Virus record (IMG/VR): IMGVR_UViG_3300033153_006243
Span: 21,444-85,443 of that record
Origin: a virus
Strand: one strand, 5' to 3'
Length of the DNA: 64,000 bases
Program-made: the position numbers and the translations under genes
The notes under the pieces: generated by a model
What the model was told of the DNA's origin: nothing
The model's input: only the letters and a program-made list of their open reading frames with translations
Databases searched by the model: none
Shown here: one piece after another, positions 18,433-28,159 of the stretch
Position numbering within the stretch: position 1 is the first letter of the stretch
Layout: the number at the start of each line of letters is the position of its first letter

Positions 18433-18706
18433 ATAGGCGCAAGAGAATACCGGCGGGTCGCCGGGATTTTAAGCCTATGGAGATGGAGAGAAAATCTCCT
18501 CTGTGAAGTAGGAACCTTAGCGCAAGGGGGAAGGGAGGTTAGTAGAAAGTTAATCTCTTTCCCACGCGCGCGAGGAGACCAGGAAAGGAATAGGCCAGGC
18601 TCGTATAGCAGGCCGTTCGCAGCGTTGGGAATCTACTCGTATAGTAGACCCGCAGCACTGGAAACAAATCGGTGCTGCGGGTTTTTTGTTGCCCTCGAAA
18701 GGAGGG
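18433..18706 (+). ncRNA. Structured leader or small RNA upstream of scaffold and capsid genes
   Basis: Several hairpins, duplicated CTCGTATAG, a terminator, and a hairpin over the SD. Confidence 0.55.
18648..18687 (+). terminator. Intrinsic terminator or attenuator
   Basis: ACCCGCAGCACTG/CGGTGCTGCGGGT stem followed by a T run. Confidence 0.85.
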
Positions 18707-18714
18707 AACCTATA

Positions 18715-20154
18715 TTGCCAGAAGCAAAGAGAAAGTTAAAGAACATCCAGCCGGAGGAAATTTCCCTTGTGGACTTTCCGGCGAATATGATCCCGTTCTT
18801 CTTTATCAAGCAGGACGAAAGGCTTGAGAAGGCAGAAGCGTTGAGCCTTGCAATTGGATCCGACGGAACCGCCGCCGGGACAGAGATTCAGGTCAACGGA
18901 AAGAAAATCAAGGATCTCAAAGAGTTTAGCTTTTCCTATTGGGTTCCTGATACTCCTACTGCGGAGGTATCGGAGACAATGGGGGATCAGTTAGCTCCTA
19001 TGATTACCGCAACTTGGGCGGTAAAAGGGGACAAAGCGGGGTTTAGGCATATCTACGGGATTAGCAAGGCGGAGATTGACGAGGCAAGGAAACTTTCGGG
19101 GGAATTGAACGACGCCGAGGAAATGAAGAAGGCATCGGCGCTTCTTGAGACCTATAGGGAGGACCTTCCATCCGATCTTGCCGGGGCGATGCAGTTCTTG
19201 ATTAGTAAGGCCCGTGGACAGGGACAGGGAGTTGGGGGTCCGCGACAGGGGGATGGTGGCGCGGATAAGTGTGTATGCCCCGATTGCGGGGCGGAATACC
19301 CACATGATAGAGGAACGCCATGTAATGAACAGACCTGCCCGGAATGTGGTGCTACGTTAGTAGGCAAGGCCAAGGGGGGGCCAGTTCCTCCGCATACATC
19401 TCCAAAGGCCCCTGAAGATATGGCTTGGAGTAAGCCGAAGGATTCCGAGCTGAAGGATTCCCATTACGCTTGGATTGACCCGGAATATGCAAGCGGGGAA
19501 TCCGAAGATAAAAGTAAGCGGAAACTTCCTCACCACCTACCTGATGGCAGGGTGGTCTGGCGCGGGGTTGCTGCCGCTGCCCAAAGGCTTGACGGAACTG
19601 ATATCCCCGAAGGTGATATGGCAGGGGTAAGGAAGCATCTTGAACGGCATTATACCCAATTTGATAAGACGCCTCCGTGGAAAGTTGAAAAAGGAGATGA
19701 AGAGATCGATACAACCGAAGTTTCTAAGGCGCGGGTAAAAATGCTAAAGGAACTCGAAGACTCCTTGGGAGCCGCATCGAAGATCATACGGGACCTAGCG
19801 GAATCCTTTAAGCCCGTCCAGAAGGACGAGGAGGGGGATACCGCCGGGGACGCCGCGGACGCTTCGGAGGGAACCGAGGATAAGACCGAGGACGCCGCTT
19901 CGGCGGGCGATAAGGATGGAACTACTGCGGTGGCTGAGCAGGGAACCCAGGCAGGCGACGCTAAGGACGGCGATGCGAAGGCCGAGGGAGCCGAAGAGGC
20001 CAGCGGAGGGGCGGGGGAAGATAAGACCGAAGCCTCCGCATCATTGTATACTCCCGAATTCGCCGAGACTATTGCTTCAACAGTAGGTACAGCGGTTTCG
20101 GAAAGTGTAGGTAGATTACTTGGTACTAATGACAAAGAAGGGAATTCAGAATGA
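18715..20154 (+). CDS. Head maturation/scaffold protein: protease EISLVDFPAN segment, zinc ribbon, acidic tail
   Basis: TTG start after AAGGAGG; EISLVDFPAN; CVCPDC..CPEC; KLPHH..VWRGV domain; precedes the capsid gene. Confidence 0.8.
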   Translation: MPEAKRKLKNIQPEEISLVDFPANMIPFFFIKQDERLEKAEALSLAIGSDGTAAGTEIQVNGKKIKDLKEFSFSYWVPDTPTAEVSETMGDQLAPMITATWAVKGDKAGFRHIYGISKAEIDEARKLSGELNDAEEMKKASALLETYREDLPSDLAGAMQFLISKARGQGQGVGGPRQGDGGADKCVCPDCGAEYPHDRGTPCNEQTCPECGATLVGKAKGGPVPPHTSPKAPEDMAWSKPKDSELKDSHYAWIDPEYASGESEDKSKRKLPHHLPDGRVVWRGVAAAAQRLDGTDIPEGDMAGVRKHLERHYTQFDKTPPWKVEKGDEEIDTTEVSKARVKMLKELEDSLGAASKIIRDLAESFKPVQKDEEGDTAGDAADASEGTEDKTEDAASAGDKDGTTAVAEQGTQAGDAKDGDAKAEGAEEASGGAGEDKTEASASLYTPEFAETIASTVGTAVSESVGRLLGTNDKEGNSE

Positions 20155-21281
20155 ACGAAATCGAATTCCAGAAGGCTTTGTCTGACGGGATTACTAAAGC
20201 GGTTGATGAGGCGCTTGCGCCTTTGAAGAAGACCGTCCGGAAATCCTCTGGTGCTACTGAGGTTATTGAGGTAAATCGGGTTCGCCCCTTTTCCATTGCC
20301 AAGTATTTCCGTGGTGCATGGAAAGGGAACTGGACTGATGCCAACTTGGAGAAATCCGAGTACGTCAAGATGAATAAGGCTCTTGGCGGGGGCACTGGTG
20401 CAGGTGGCGGGTTCCTGGTTCCACCTGAGTATTCCAGCGAAATCATCGAGCTTGCGAGGGCACAAGCCGCCGTTCGCAATATGCCTGGTGTTCGCACCGT
20501 GAATATGAAAGGGGACCAACTCAATATCGTGGCACAGTCAGGCGCAGGCACGGCCTACTGGGTAGGTGAGAATAAAGAGAAGACCTCTGCCGATGCTACG
20601 TTTGAGCAGAAGTCTCTCGTCCTGAAGAAATGCGCGGCCCTGACCTACGTCTCTAATGAGCTTTTGGATGACGCAGATCCTGCGGTCGATGACATAATCA
20701 AGGGCGACCTTAGTATAGTTCTTAGTCTTGCTGAGGATATTGCGTTCCTTGAAGGCGCAGGGGGCGCGGCTCCAAGCGGGCTGTTTACTACGGCGAATGT
20801 AGGATCAACTACAGTAGCCGGACTCGTTAGCTATGACAATCTAATCGACGCGATTGACGACATCGAAGGGAATAATGGCATACCTAACGGCTGGCTGATG
20901 CATCCGAGCGCGAAGAACAGCGTCCGTAAGCTCAAGGACGGCGAGGGCCGTTTCGTTTGGGATAGTGGCGACGTGACGAAGAAAGAGCCGCCTTCTCTAT
21001 TTGGATTGCCTATAGGACTCTCGACTCAGATCTCTACGACCTGTAATGAGACGACCGGGGCGCTTGATGCTTCTGGTACGGATTACACCTATATCGTCCT
21101 TGGCGATTGGAGACAGTTCATGATCGGTCAGAAGGCTGGGGAGGCAATCGTAATTGAGGCTAATGCTCAAGATACGACCTCCTGGACTTATGACCAAACG
21201 TCCTTCAGAGCGGTTCTGAGGACGGATTGTCTAGTAAGACAGCCTACTCATTTCCACATTTTGAAGGCTGTCAACTTCTAA
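20151..21281 (+). CDS. Major capsid protein (HK97 fold)
   Basis: GGFLVPPEYS, AYWVGE, VSNELLDD, LKDGEGRF and GDW motifs. Confidence 0.95.
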   Translation: MNEIEFQKALSDGITKAVDEALAPLKKTVRKSSGATEVIEVNRVRPFSIAKYFRGAWKGNWTDANLEKSEYVKMNKALGGGTGAGGGFLVPPEYSSEIIELARAQAAVRNMPGVRTVNMKGDQLNIVAQSGAGTAYWVGENKEKTSADATFEQKSLVLKKCAALTYVSNELLDDADPAVDDIIKGDLSIVLSLAEDIAFLEGAGGAAPSGLFTTANVGSTTVAGLVSYDNLIDAIDDIEGNNGIPNGWLMHPSAKNSVRKLKDGEGRFVWDSGDVTKKEPPSLFGLPIGLSTQISTTCNETTGALDASGTDYTYIVLGDWRQFMIGQKAGEAIVIEANAQDTTSWTYDQTSFRAVLRTDCLVRQPTHFHILKAVNF

Positions 21282-21298
21282 GAAAGGAGTGAGAACTG

Positions 21299-21703
21299 AT
21301 GAGTAAAGAAATCACCGAATATATTGATTTCCAGATTGGACTCGCTCCTCAGGACATAGCTCACGATACGGCTACTGACTCTAGTACGTTCTTTGCAATA
21401 GCGAATTACGATAGATTCGCAGCCGTAGCCTCTTGCGAGGCGCTGGGAGCGGCTACGGACACACTGAAGGTACAGCTCTTGCAGGCAACCGATTCTTCGG
21501 GAACTAGCAAGACGACCGTCGGTGACGCGGGAACATATACCGGGGCAGTTTCCGGTCCCGCCGAGTGCAACGCACGGGGCGACGAGTTCACTTCTGGTTA
21601 TGGATACGTCGGGGTTCGGGTTACTCCCGATCCCGATGACGACGCGGCCAAGATGTGCGCGGCATTCATAATGAGGGGTCGAGCTAAGGTCGAGCCCGTC
21701 TAA
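21299..21703 (+). CDS. Putative head-associated structural protein
   Basis: Directly after the capsid gene; AAGGAG RBS; beta-rich. Confidence 0.7.
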   Translation: MSKEITEYIDFQIGLAPQDIAHDTATDSSTFFAIANYDRFAAVASCEALGAATDTLKVQLLQATDSSGTSKTTVGDAGTYTGAVSGPAECNARGDEFTSGYGYVGVRVTPDPDDDAAKMCAAFIMRGRAKVEPV

Positions 21704-21712
21704 GTAACAACT

Positions 21713-21766
21713 AACGGGGAAGGGGGCTAGTAACCCCTTAAGGTGAAGTCCCCCCTTCCCCGTTTT
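21713..21766 (+). terminator. Terminator-like long hairpin
   Basis: AACGGGGAAGGGGG/CCCCCTTCCCCGTT with a short T run. Confidence 0.6.
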
Positions 21767-21845
21767 ACTCATGCCTTAAATGGCTACTCGAACTCGATTC
21801 TGCTTTGTCGGGTTCCGGGGCAACCAATGAGAAAGGAAAAGCAAA

Positions 21846-22211
21846 TTGGCTCTCCCATACCTACCGAAAGTCTACCGCTCTGAGGGCGGAGACCGGATCA
21901 CAATATCGACCGGGGGTAACATTGTTTTCGGGGCGACGAGAACTACCGCTTCGGGGAACATTACGCTTACCACCGCGTCGTCAATCATACAGACTATTGA
22001 CCCCGCGTCTACGGCCCGAACTGTTACGCTTCCTGCCGAAGCGGATGCGGACGGATTCATCTATATGATCGCGAACGAGGCAAGCGATGCTACAGTTGTT
22101 ACGATCAAGGATGATGGTGGATCAACGGTCTGCACACCCACGCAGAATGAGGCGGCCCTATGCTTCTGTGACGGGACGGCCTGGGTTGGTCTCGTCGGCG
22201 ACTGGAGCTAA
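21846..22211 (+). CDS. Putative head decoration or fibre protein
   Basis: Thr-rich; RTVTLPA motif; position in the head module. Confidence 0.65.
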   Translation: MALPYLPKVYRSEGGDRITISTGGNIVFGATRTTASGNITLTTASSIIQTIDPASTARTVTLPAEADADGFIYMIANEASDATVVTIKDDGGSTVCTPTQNEAALCFCDGTAWVGLVGDWS

Positions 22212-22243
22212 CCTCCATACCTTTTTGAAAGGAGGTTAGTTCT

Positions 22244-23014
22244 ATGCAAAACTGGAAGCTAATGTCGCGGGCGGTCCCGTTTGGTGACTATATTCGCCTT
22301 GCGGGGTATAACCTGCACGTCCACGGTGAGTCCTCTGCCGTTGCGAATTCCTTTGAGGACCTATCGGCGAGGGGTGCCGATAACGACTATATTACGGGTA
22401 CTTCCGGGGTTCAGCTCGTTTTTCGTTCCACTAGCGCCCAAGACGCGGCGGCGGGAACGGGGGCGCGGACAGTTGCCCTTACCTACCTCGATGAGAATTG
22501 GGATAGGCAAATTGAAACCGTCACGTTAAGCGGAACTACTCCGGTTGCGACTACGGCAACCGATATCCTACGGGTATGCGAGTTAGAGGTAATGACCGTA
22601 GGAACTAATGGGAGTCCCGTGGGGACGATTATCCTTACCGAGGTAGGCGGCGTAACGAAGCGCTATCTAGTTCTCAGGCCGGGCGATAACCATAGTCGTT
22701 GCGGGTACTTCTACGTTCCGAGGGACACGGCCTACTTCATCACTGGAGTAAATGCGGGAACTACGTCTACGGATACCAACCTCATGCAGATTAGGCTCTA
22801 TATGGAGCGACGGGAATCCGCTACGTCCGATCCTATCGAGGGGTTCTACAATCTCGTTTCATTCAAGTCGGCGAGTAAGGTGTTTGATTTAGATGCGCCG
22901 ATTATGATCGGCGAGAAGTGTAGGGTCCGGGTTAAGGCGATTTCCGCAACGACCGGAGCGGGCTATTGTGAGCTACGAGGCTACTTCGCCCCGGCGCACC
23001 AGACCCCAACATAA
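22244..23014 (+). CDS. Virion structural protein
   Basis: STSAQD..GTGARTV..LD..ETVTLSGTT pattern; AAGGAGG RBS. Confidence 0.65.
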   Translation: MQNWKLMSRAVPFGDYIRLAGYNLHVHGESSAVANSFEDLSARGADNDYITGTSGVQLVFRSTSAQDAAAGTGARTVALTYLDENWDRQIETVTLSGTTPVATTATDILRVCELEVMTVGTNGSPVGTIILTEVGGVTKRYLVLRPGDNHSRCGYFYVPRDTAYFITGVNAGTTSTDTNLMQIRLYMERRESATSDPIEGFYNLVSFKSASKVFDLDAPIMIGEKCRVRVKAISATTGAGYCELRGYFAPAHQTPT

Positions 23015-23027
23015 ACGGAGGTGACTG

Positions 23028-23873
23028 GTGGCAGTAGGTACTTATGCGTTGACTACGCTGGATAACCTAAAGCTCCATCTCGAAATCTCCGCCTCCTCTG
23101 ATGATTCGCTATTAGAGGATCTGATAGACAAGGCTACGGACATGATCGAGCGGGAAACACACCGCTTGCTCATGTCCCGTAGTTACACGAAGGAGCAGTA
23201 CAACGGGAATGGATGGGGTGATCTTATCCTCCGTCAATATCCCGTGACCGCCGTAGCTAGGCTAGCAATCGGGGAGGCTACGGCCCTGACTATTAAGGGG
23301 ACTACGGCAAGCGTTACACAGGCGCTCGTCAACGTGACCTCTACGGCAGTAAACTGCATCGAGGTAGCTTCAACGACGACGACGAACGAGATCGACTTCG
23401 CGACTTACGCGACGCTGGCGGATGTGAATACTGCGATCAACGCGCTTGCGAATTGGTCATCGACGGTGGTCTCGGCCTATTCCGGGTTTGTCTCTTCGGA
23501 ACTTATTCAGCAGGGCGGGCTTAACGCGAGGAACGGGACGGCAGTATCTCTCCTGATTCCCAACCGGGGGGAAAACAGTTTTGACGTAGACTGGGATAGG
23601 GGAATAATCTCCGTCGATTCCGGGTTCACGAAGGGGGAAAGGATCTGGATTGATTACACAGCGGGGTATTCGACTATTCCCGACGCGCTGGAGCAGGCAT
23701 GTATTGACCTCGCCTCGTCGCTTTATCATAGCAGGGATAAGGATCTCGGCGTAGCGTCTGAGAAGATAGGTGACTATTCCTATTCCCGCGCATCAGGAGT
23801 AGGCAGCGTGGACATTCCCGATAGAGTGAAAAGGGCACTTGGGCCGTTTACGAAATACACACCGTTCGGATAA
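23028..23873 (+). CDS. Head-tail adaptor (gp6-like) with inserted domain
   Basis: LTTLDNLKLHL..IERET; YTAGY..P..LEQAC; SEKIGDYSYS. Confidence 0.85.
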   Translation: MAVGTYALTTLDNLKLHLEISASSDDSLLEDLIDKATDMIERETHRLLMSRSYTKEQYNGNGWGDLILRQYPVTAVARLAIGEATALTIKGTTASVTQALVNVTSTAVNCIEVASTTTTNEIDFATYATLADVNTAINALANWSSTVVSAYSGFVSSELIQQGGLNARNGTAVSLLIPNRGENSFDVDWDRGIISVDSGFTKGERIWIDYTAGYSTIPDALEQACIDLASSLYHSRDKDLGVASEKIGDYSYSRASGVGSVDIPDRVKRALGPFTKYTPFG

Positions 23874-23898
23874 GGGAATTTCTTATGGGGCACTCTAC

Positions 23899-25209
23899 AT
23901 GAAACAGCGGACTTCGGGCGTTACGAAAACCTTGGGGCGGCACAAGAATAGGCCGAGGAGACTGAGGGGGAAGAAATTCCACCTCTTCCTTCGTTCCCAT
24001 CAGGCGGATGACTACTGGCCCCTGTATAGCGAATTGCTAAAAGAGGGGGCGATCCCGCAGTTTATCGAGATACAGCGGTCGCGTCCGGACGACGATGCGA
24101 ACGCAGCGTTCCTCGCGAATAAAGGAATCCCGCTATTCAGTACGACGTGGGAGGAGCCGCAGGAGTTCTCGGCGAGTATGGTCCAGGAGAACTATAACGG
24201 TTTCGACATCGAGGGGATAACCAAGTTCGCCCGTTGGCGCTGGCGTAGAGGCGGAGCCAAGATGGACTATATCATCCTTGCCAGAACCAACTGGATTCTA
24301 CACCGATACGAGAAGTTCTTTAAGGAGAATAGACCGGACTACATAGTGACCTGGGGGGATATGGCCCATGACTCCGCAGCGATCAAGGCGCTTGCGGACA
24401 AACTGAAAATCCCCCATTTGCTTTTCGAGGGGGGGTTCCTGCCGAACTCTATGTGCCTTGACGGCGGGGGGATGTATTACACGCCGGAAAGCGACTGGAA
24501 TGGGATATGGGAAAACCAAAGCGAACCTACGGCGGACGAGAGGATACGAATTAAGAAGCTGATGGATCAGTGGCGGCAAAAGGATATGTCGAAATACAAT
24601 AACAAGACCGCCTTTACCGAAATCGAAACGGGGGTAGATTGTAGGGCACTGGCCCCGAAGGGTAAGAAGATCATGCTTATCGTCTGCCAGACTACTGGGG
24701 ATGCAACGATGTATTTCCCACGGGTCCTGGTGGATAACAAGCTCTCCCTGACGAATCTCGTTCTTCGGACGATGGCGGGGATGACGGACTGGCATATTTT
24801 GGTCAAGCCCCATCCCCATGAGCGGCACGACGACTTGGCTTTGATGGTTAATCCCTACGAGGGCATCGACATTATCCCAAAGGCGTCGCCGCATTCCGCT
24901 TTGAGGGCGGCAGATATGGTTATTACGATTAACTCGACGATGGGATTCGAGGCGTTGGGGTACGGAATCCCGGTGATAACCTTTGGGGACAACTTCTATA
25001 CGGGAAAGGGGCTGACATGGGATATAAGGCGGGCGGATAGGCGACTGAAGGAACAGCTTCGTACTGCAATAGATCAGGCGAAGCCGCCAGATATGAACGA
25101 AGTGTACTCCCTGTTTAATCTAGTCGCGTATAAGTTCCTATTCCTCTTCGGCTATAACAACGGGAGGCTGATAGATGCAGCCAAAAGCGCTCGTCAACAT
25201 TGTAGGTGA
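23899..25209 (+). CDS. Capsule-synthesis KpsS/KpsC-like glycosyltransferase
   Basis: FEGGFLP, Q..GD, VKPHP and TINSTMGFEAL..GIPVITFG motifs; start uncertain (ORF open from 23839). Confidence 0.8.
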   Translation: MKQRTSGVTKTLGRHKNRPRRLRGKKFHLFLRSHQADDYWPLYSELLKEGAIPQFIEIQRSRPDDDANAAFLANKGIPLFSTTWEEPQEFSASMVQENYNGFDIEGITKFARWRWRRGGAKMDYIILARTNWILHRYEKFFKENRPDYIVTWGDMAHDSAAIKALADKLKIPHLLFEGGFLPNSMCLDGGGMYYTPESDWNGIWENQSEPTADERIRIKKLMDQWRQKDMSKYNNKTAFTEIETGVDCRALAPKGKKIMLIVCQTTGDATMYFPRVLVDNKLSLTNLVLRTMAGMTDWHILVKPHPHERHDDLALMVNPYEGIDIIPKASPHSALRAADMVITINSTMGFEALGYGIPVITFGDNFYTGKGLTWDIRRADRRLKEQLRTAIDQAKPPDMNEVYSLFNLVAYKFLFLFGYNNGRLIDAAKSARQHCR

Positions 25210-26143
25210 GACGATCAATGGGTGGATTTTCAGGGCAATGGCCGACGCCATCGCGAAATCTGCGGAGAAGTTCGAGGTACGGATAACCGAGAAGCCCGTT
25301 TCCGATGCAGACCTATACCATTTCTTCCGCCCCCAAGAGATGAACATGCTCCTCTCCGGCGGATGGGAGGGAAGGGCAGTGACGACGCTTCACGGGTTCC
25401 TTCCGGGAGCTACGGACTTTAAGACGTGCGAGCTGGCCTATTCCCAGGCGGAAAGGGTTATCTGCGTCTCCTTGGGCTGTAGGAACTATCTAGTCGAAAA
25501 TGGAATCCCTATGCACAAGACGGAAGTTATACACGCGGGGGTAGATCACGAGAAATTCAAGATGTTCTCCTGGCCAGCTAACCACTTTACGATTGGGGTC
25601 GTCGGTCGCCTATATCCCTTCCACGGGAGTATTGTAGACAATAAGGGGGGTAAGCTCGTCTTGGAGGTAACAAAAAGGCTAAAGAGTAGGCTTACCGACC
25701 TTATGCTCTTGATAGTCGGGGAGGCGTGGGGTCCCCTCTGTAATTCGCTTGCGAACCTTCCGGCACCCTTCGAGTTTTGGAACCGGGAATTGAACTGTAA
25801 CTATGATCACTACCCCATGCTCTATAACCGAATGGACTGCCTACTTGTCGCGTCGAAGCACGAGGGAGCCCCCGTTCCCGCATACGAAGCGATGGCCTGC
25901 GGGAGGCCCGTCGTAGGTCCGAGGATAGGCACTCTCCCTGAAATTGTAGAGGATGACAAAACCGGATACCTCGTTGACCGCGACCCGGAACAGATGGCGG
26001 ACGCGCTACTGAAGATCGCTAAGGCACGGGGAAGATGGGCGAAGCGCAACTTCTCCTTCTGTCAGAATAAGGTTAAGGAATTCACGTGGGACAACTGGGG
26101 AAGGATGCATGAGGAAGTATATATGGAGGCCCTAGATGCCTGA
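25175..26143 (+). CDS. GT4 glycosyltransferase, paralog of 11850-12806
   Basis: Shared DLYHFFRPQ; SKHEGAP..EAMACGRPVVG. Confidence 0.9.
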   Translation: MQPKALVNIVGETINGWIFRAMADAIAKSAEKFEVRITEKPVSDADLYHFFRPQEMNMLLSGGWEGRAVTTLHGFLPGATDFKTCELAYSQAERVICVSLGCRNYLVENGIPMHKTEVIHAGVDHEKFKMFSWPANHFTIGVVGRLYPFHGSIVDNKGGKLVLEVTKRLKSRLTDLMLLIVGEAWGPLCNSLANLPAPFEFWNRELNCNYDHYPMLYNRMDCLLVASKHEGAPVPAYEAMACGRPVVGPRIGTLPEIVEDDKTGYLVDRDPEQMADALLKIAKARGRWAKRNFSFCQNKVKEFTWDNWGRMHEEVYMEALDA

Positions 26144-26453
26144 CGATGTGAAGCAGTTTACCGAAAAGGATCTCGAAGATACGGCGTTCAAGGTATCGGT
26201 ACTAACTCAGCTCGAAAGGCTTAAGCCCATCGAGGAGAAGCTGATAACCATGAACGGAAGATGCGCGGAGAGGCTAGAGATGATCCACGGTAATGAAATC
26301 TCCATGACCCAACTAGACGGGAAGGTTGATAGCCTGAACGATAATGTAAAGTTCTGGCGTAAGGTGGTATTCATCATACTAGGCTTCATCGGAACCCTAT
26401 CCGCTGGGATTGGTGGCGTTCTCGCCTATATGAAAGCCGCCAACGGAGGCTAA
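26136..26453 (+). CDS. Coiled-coil protein with C-terminal TM (holin/XhlA-like)
   Basis: Heptad region followed by a hydrophobic helix. Confidence 0.5.
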   Translation: MPDDVKQFTEKDLEDTAFKVSVLTQLERLKPIEEKLITMNGRCAERLEMIHGNEISMTQLDGKVDSLNDNVKFWRKVVFIILGFIGTLSAGIGGVLAYMKAANGG

Positions 26454-26454
26454 G

Positions 26455-26781
26455 ATGATTGGGCCGCTTTCTGACGTAGTGAACGTCTGGAGGAAAACCT
26501 ATACGAGTGACGGAAAGGGAGGGCATACAGCAACCGAATCGTCCATTGGTCCCTATAGATGCAGAATCTATACCGAAAGGGGTTCCTATTTTCGCGGGGA
26601 AAGGGGACCGGAACCTGCGGGGACAATGAAGATCATTGGACCTACCGGGACGCTTCAGGACGGGGATAGGATTGAGCATAGCCCAAGCGGGACGAACTAT
26701 ATCCTACGGAAGGTACGGGACGTAATGGGTTCCATGAGTGCCCATCATATCGAGGGCGCAATCGAGGAATGGCAGGAATAA
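26455..26781 (+). CDS. Head closure protein
   Basis: DGKGG motif; size and synteny. Confidence 0.7.
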   Translation: MIGPLSDVVNVWRKTYTSDGKGGHTATESSIGPYRCRIYTERGSYFRGERGPEPAGTMKIIGPTGTLQDGDRIEHSPSGTNYILRKVRDVMGSMSAHHIEGAIEEWQE

Positions 26782-27185
26782 TGAAGACGGAATGGATAGT
26801 AGACTACAGCAAGCTTAAGGACTATATGGCCAACGTCAAGCATAAGGTGGAGAACGAGGGGGAGCGGGAACTAATGAAGCTTGCAGGGCCGATAGTTAAA
26901 AGGGCAAAGGAGCTTGCGCGTAAGGGTCCTACGAAGAATATGTCACAGACAACCCATGCCGCATTTATGACAGGGGAGGGATTCGGGGGGCGGCAGAGTG
27001 CGGTATTGGGGTTACTTATAGGAACCCCGATGTATTACGCATACTTCCAAGAGATGGGGTTTACCCATTGGAAGTCGAGGGCGTGGATAAGGAACCAATT
27101 CCTTGCACCGGCAGTAAACCAGGGATTCCCCGCGTTTGTCGATGGGGTTAAGGGAATGGTAAATAAATGGATAGCGTTCTTCTAA
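26769..27185 (+). CDS. HK97 gp10-like tail completion protein
   Basis: YAYFQEMG..FLAPA. Confidence 0.75.
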   Translation: MAGIMKTEWIVDYSKLKDYMANVKHKVENEGERELMKLAGPIVKRAKELARKGPTKNMSQTTHAAFMTGEGFGGRQSAVLGLLIGTPMYYAYFQEMGFTHWKSRAWIRNQFLAPAVNQGFPAFVDGVKGMVNKWIAFF

Positions 27186-27186
27186 A

Positions 27187-27615
27187 ATGGCAAGCCTGAT
27201 TGAATATACGAATAATGCGATATACGCCGCGCTTGCGGCGGACTCCGCGCTGGAGACGGCTATAGGCGTTTCAGGTAGAATCCAACGCGGATATCAGGGG
27301 GCCAAGATAACGGTCCCTGGGATTGTCTACCAGATCGACGGACAGCAGAAGCTATTGGCTGAGGTGACGGAGCCAAGGCGGGTAGACGTTCTTATATCCT
27401 GCTATCACGGCGTTGACTTGGGTTCGCCCTCAAGTTGCGCCTCAATAGCGGAGGCGGCCTTCGCCGTATTGAACGACAATGTGACACTGACCGCCACAGG
27501 ATCCAAGATTTATTTTTCGGATTGTACGCCAATTCTAGGCGCTCCCATCTGGAGCGAACCGGAAAGAGCATATCGACAGGACTTCCACGTTGAAGTCTAC
27601 TTACGTGCCGACTAA
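27187..27615 (+). CDS. Tail terminator protein
   Basis: AIYAAL..P.IVY; synteny. Confidence 0.7.
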   Translation: MASLIEYTNNAIYAALAADSALETAIGVSGRIQRGYQGAKITVPGIVYQIDGQQKLLAEVTEPRRVDVLISCYHGVDLGSPSSCASIAEAAFAVLNDNVTLTATGSKIYFSDCTPILGAPIWSEPERAYRQDFHVEVYLRAD

Positions 27616-27633
27616 CCAAAAGGAGATAAACAA

Positions 27634-28134
27634 GTGGCTGTTGATGATGATAATGTAATCATTGGACCAATAAAAATCGAGTATTCGCTTGATGGAGATA
27701 ATTGGACCGATGTAGGCATTACGAATGGTGGCTTCGAGATCCGTAAGGAAGAGGAGATCGTCGAGACCCTAAGTGATCAGGGTATCGGCGTCCTCGACAA
27801 GAATCGAAGTCTTGTCCGCCAGTTCCTGAAGTTTACGATTAACGAGGTGCTAACGACCTCCCTCGTCAAGTTAGCCTTCGGAATGGAATCCTCGCCTGAT
27901 ACGGCGATGGATTACGTCTCGTCGGTTCCGAAGAGATACTTCAGGGTAACTGGGAAGAGCGTGACGGGGACAATGAAGATATACACCAGCAAAGAATGTT
28001 GGGTTGGTGGAAATACCCCCACCCTCATGCTCGCGAGAGACGCGGCTGCCGGAATCGAAATCGAGGCCGAAGAGAAACCGACCATAGACGATACGACCGG
28101 AAAGACGACGTTCGGCGTCTGGAGTGATAGTTAA
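27634..28134 (+). CDS. Major tail tube protein
   Basis: DVGITNGG motif; synteny. Confidence 0.75.
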   Translation: MAVDDDNVIIGPIKIEYSLDGDNWTDVGITNGGFEIRKEEEIVETLSDQGIGVLDKNRSLVRQFLKFTINEVLTTSLVKLAFGMESSPDTAMDYVSSVPKRYFRVTGKSVTGTMKIYTSKECWVGGNTPTLMLARDAAAGIEIEAEEKPTIDDTTGKTTFGVWSDS

Positions 28135-28159
28135 ACCCTAATACATAGGGAGCAAGAGT

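Noticed and set aside
18500-18550. c-di-GMP-II riboswitch resemblance (CTGTGAAGTA..GGAGGTTAGTAG)
   Set aside because: The pseudoknot pairing segments are absent; likely chance
18625-18714. Longer start for the scaffold ORF
   Set aside because: It runs through the terminator; TTG 18715 has AAGGAGG
19650-20519. Long antisense ORFs over scaffold, capsid, tape measure and similar genes
   Set aside because: Shadow ORFs of biased coding strands with no motifs or RBS
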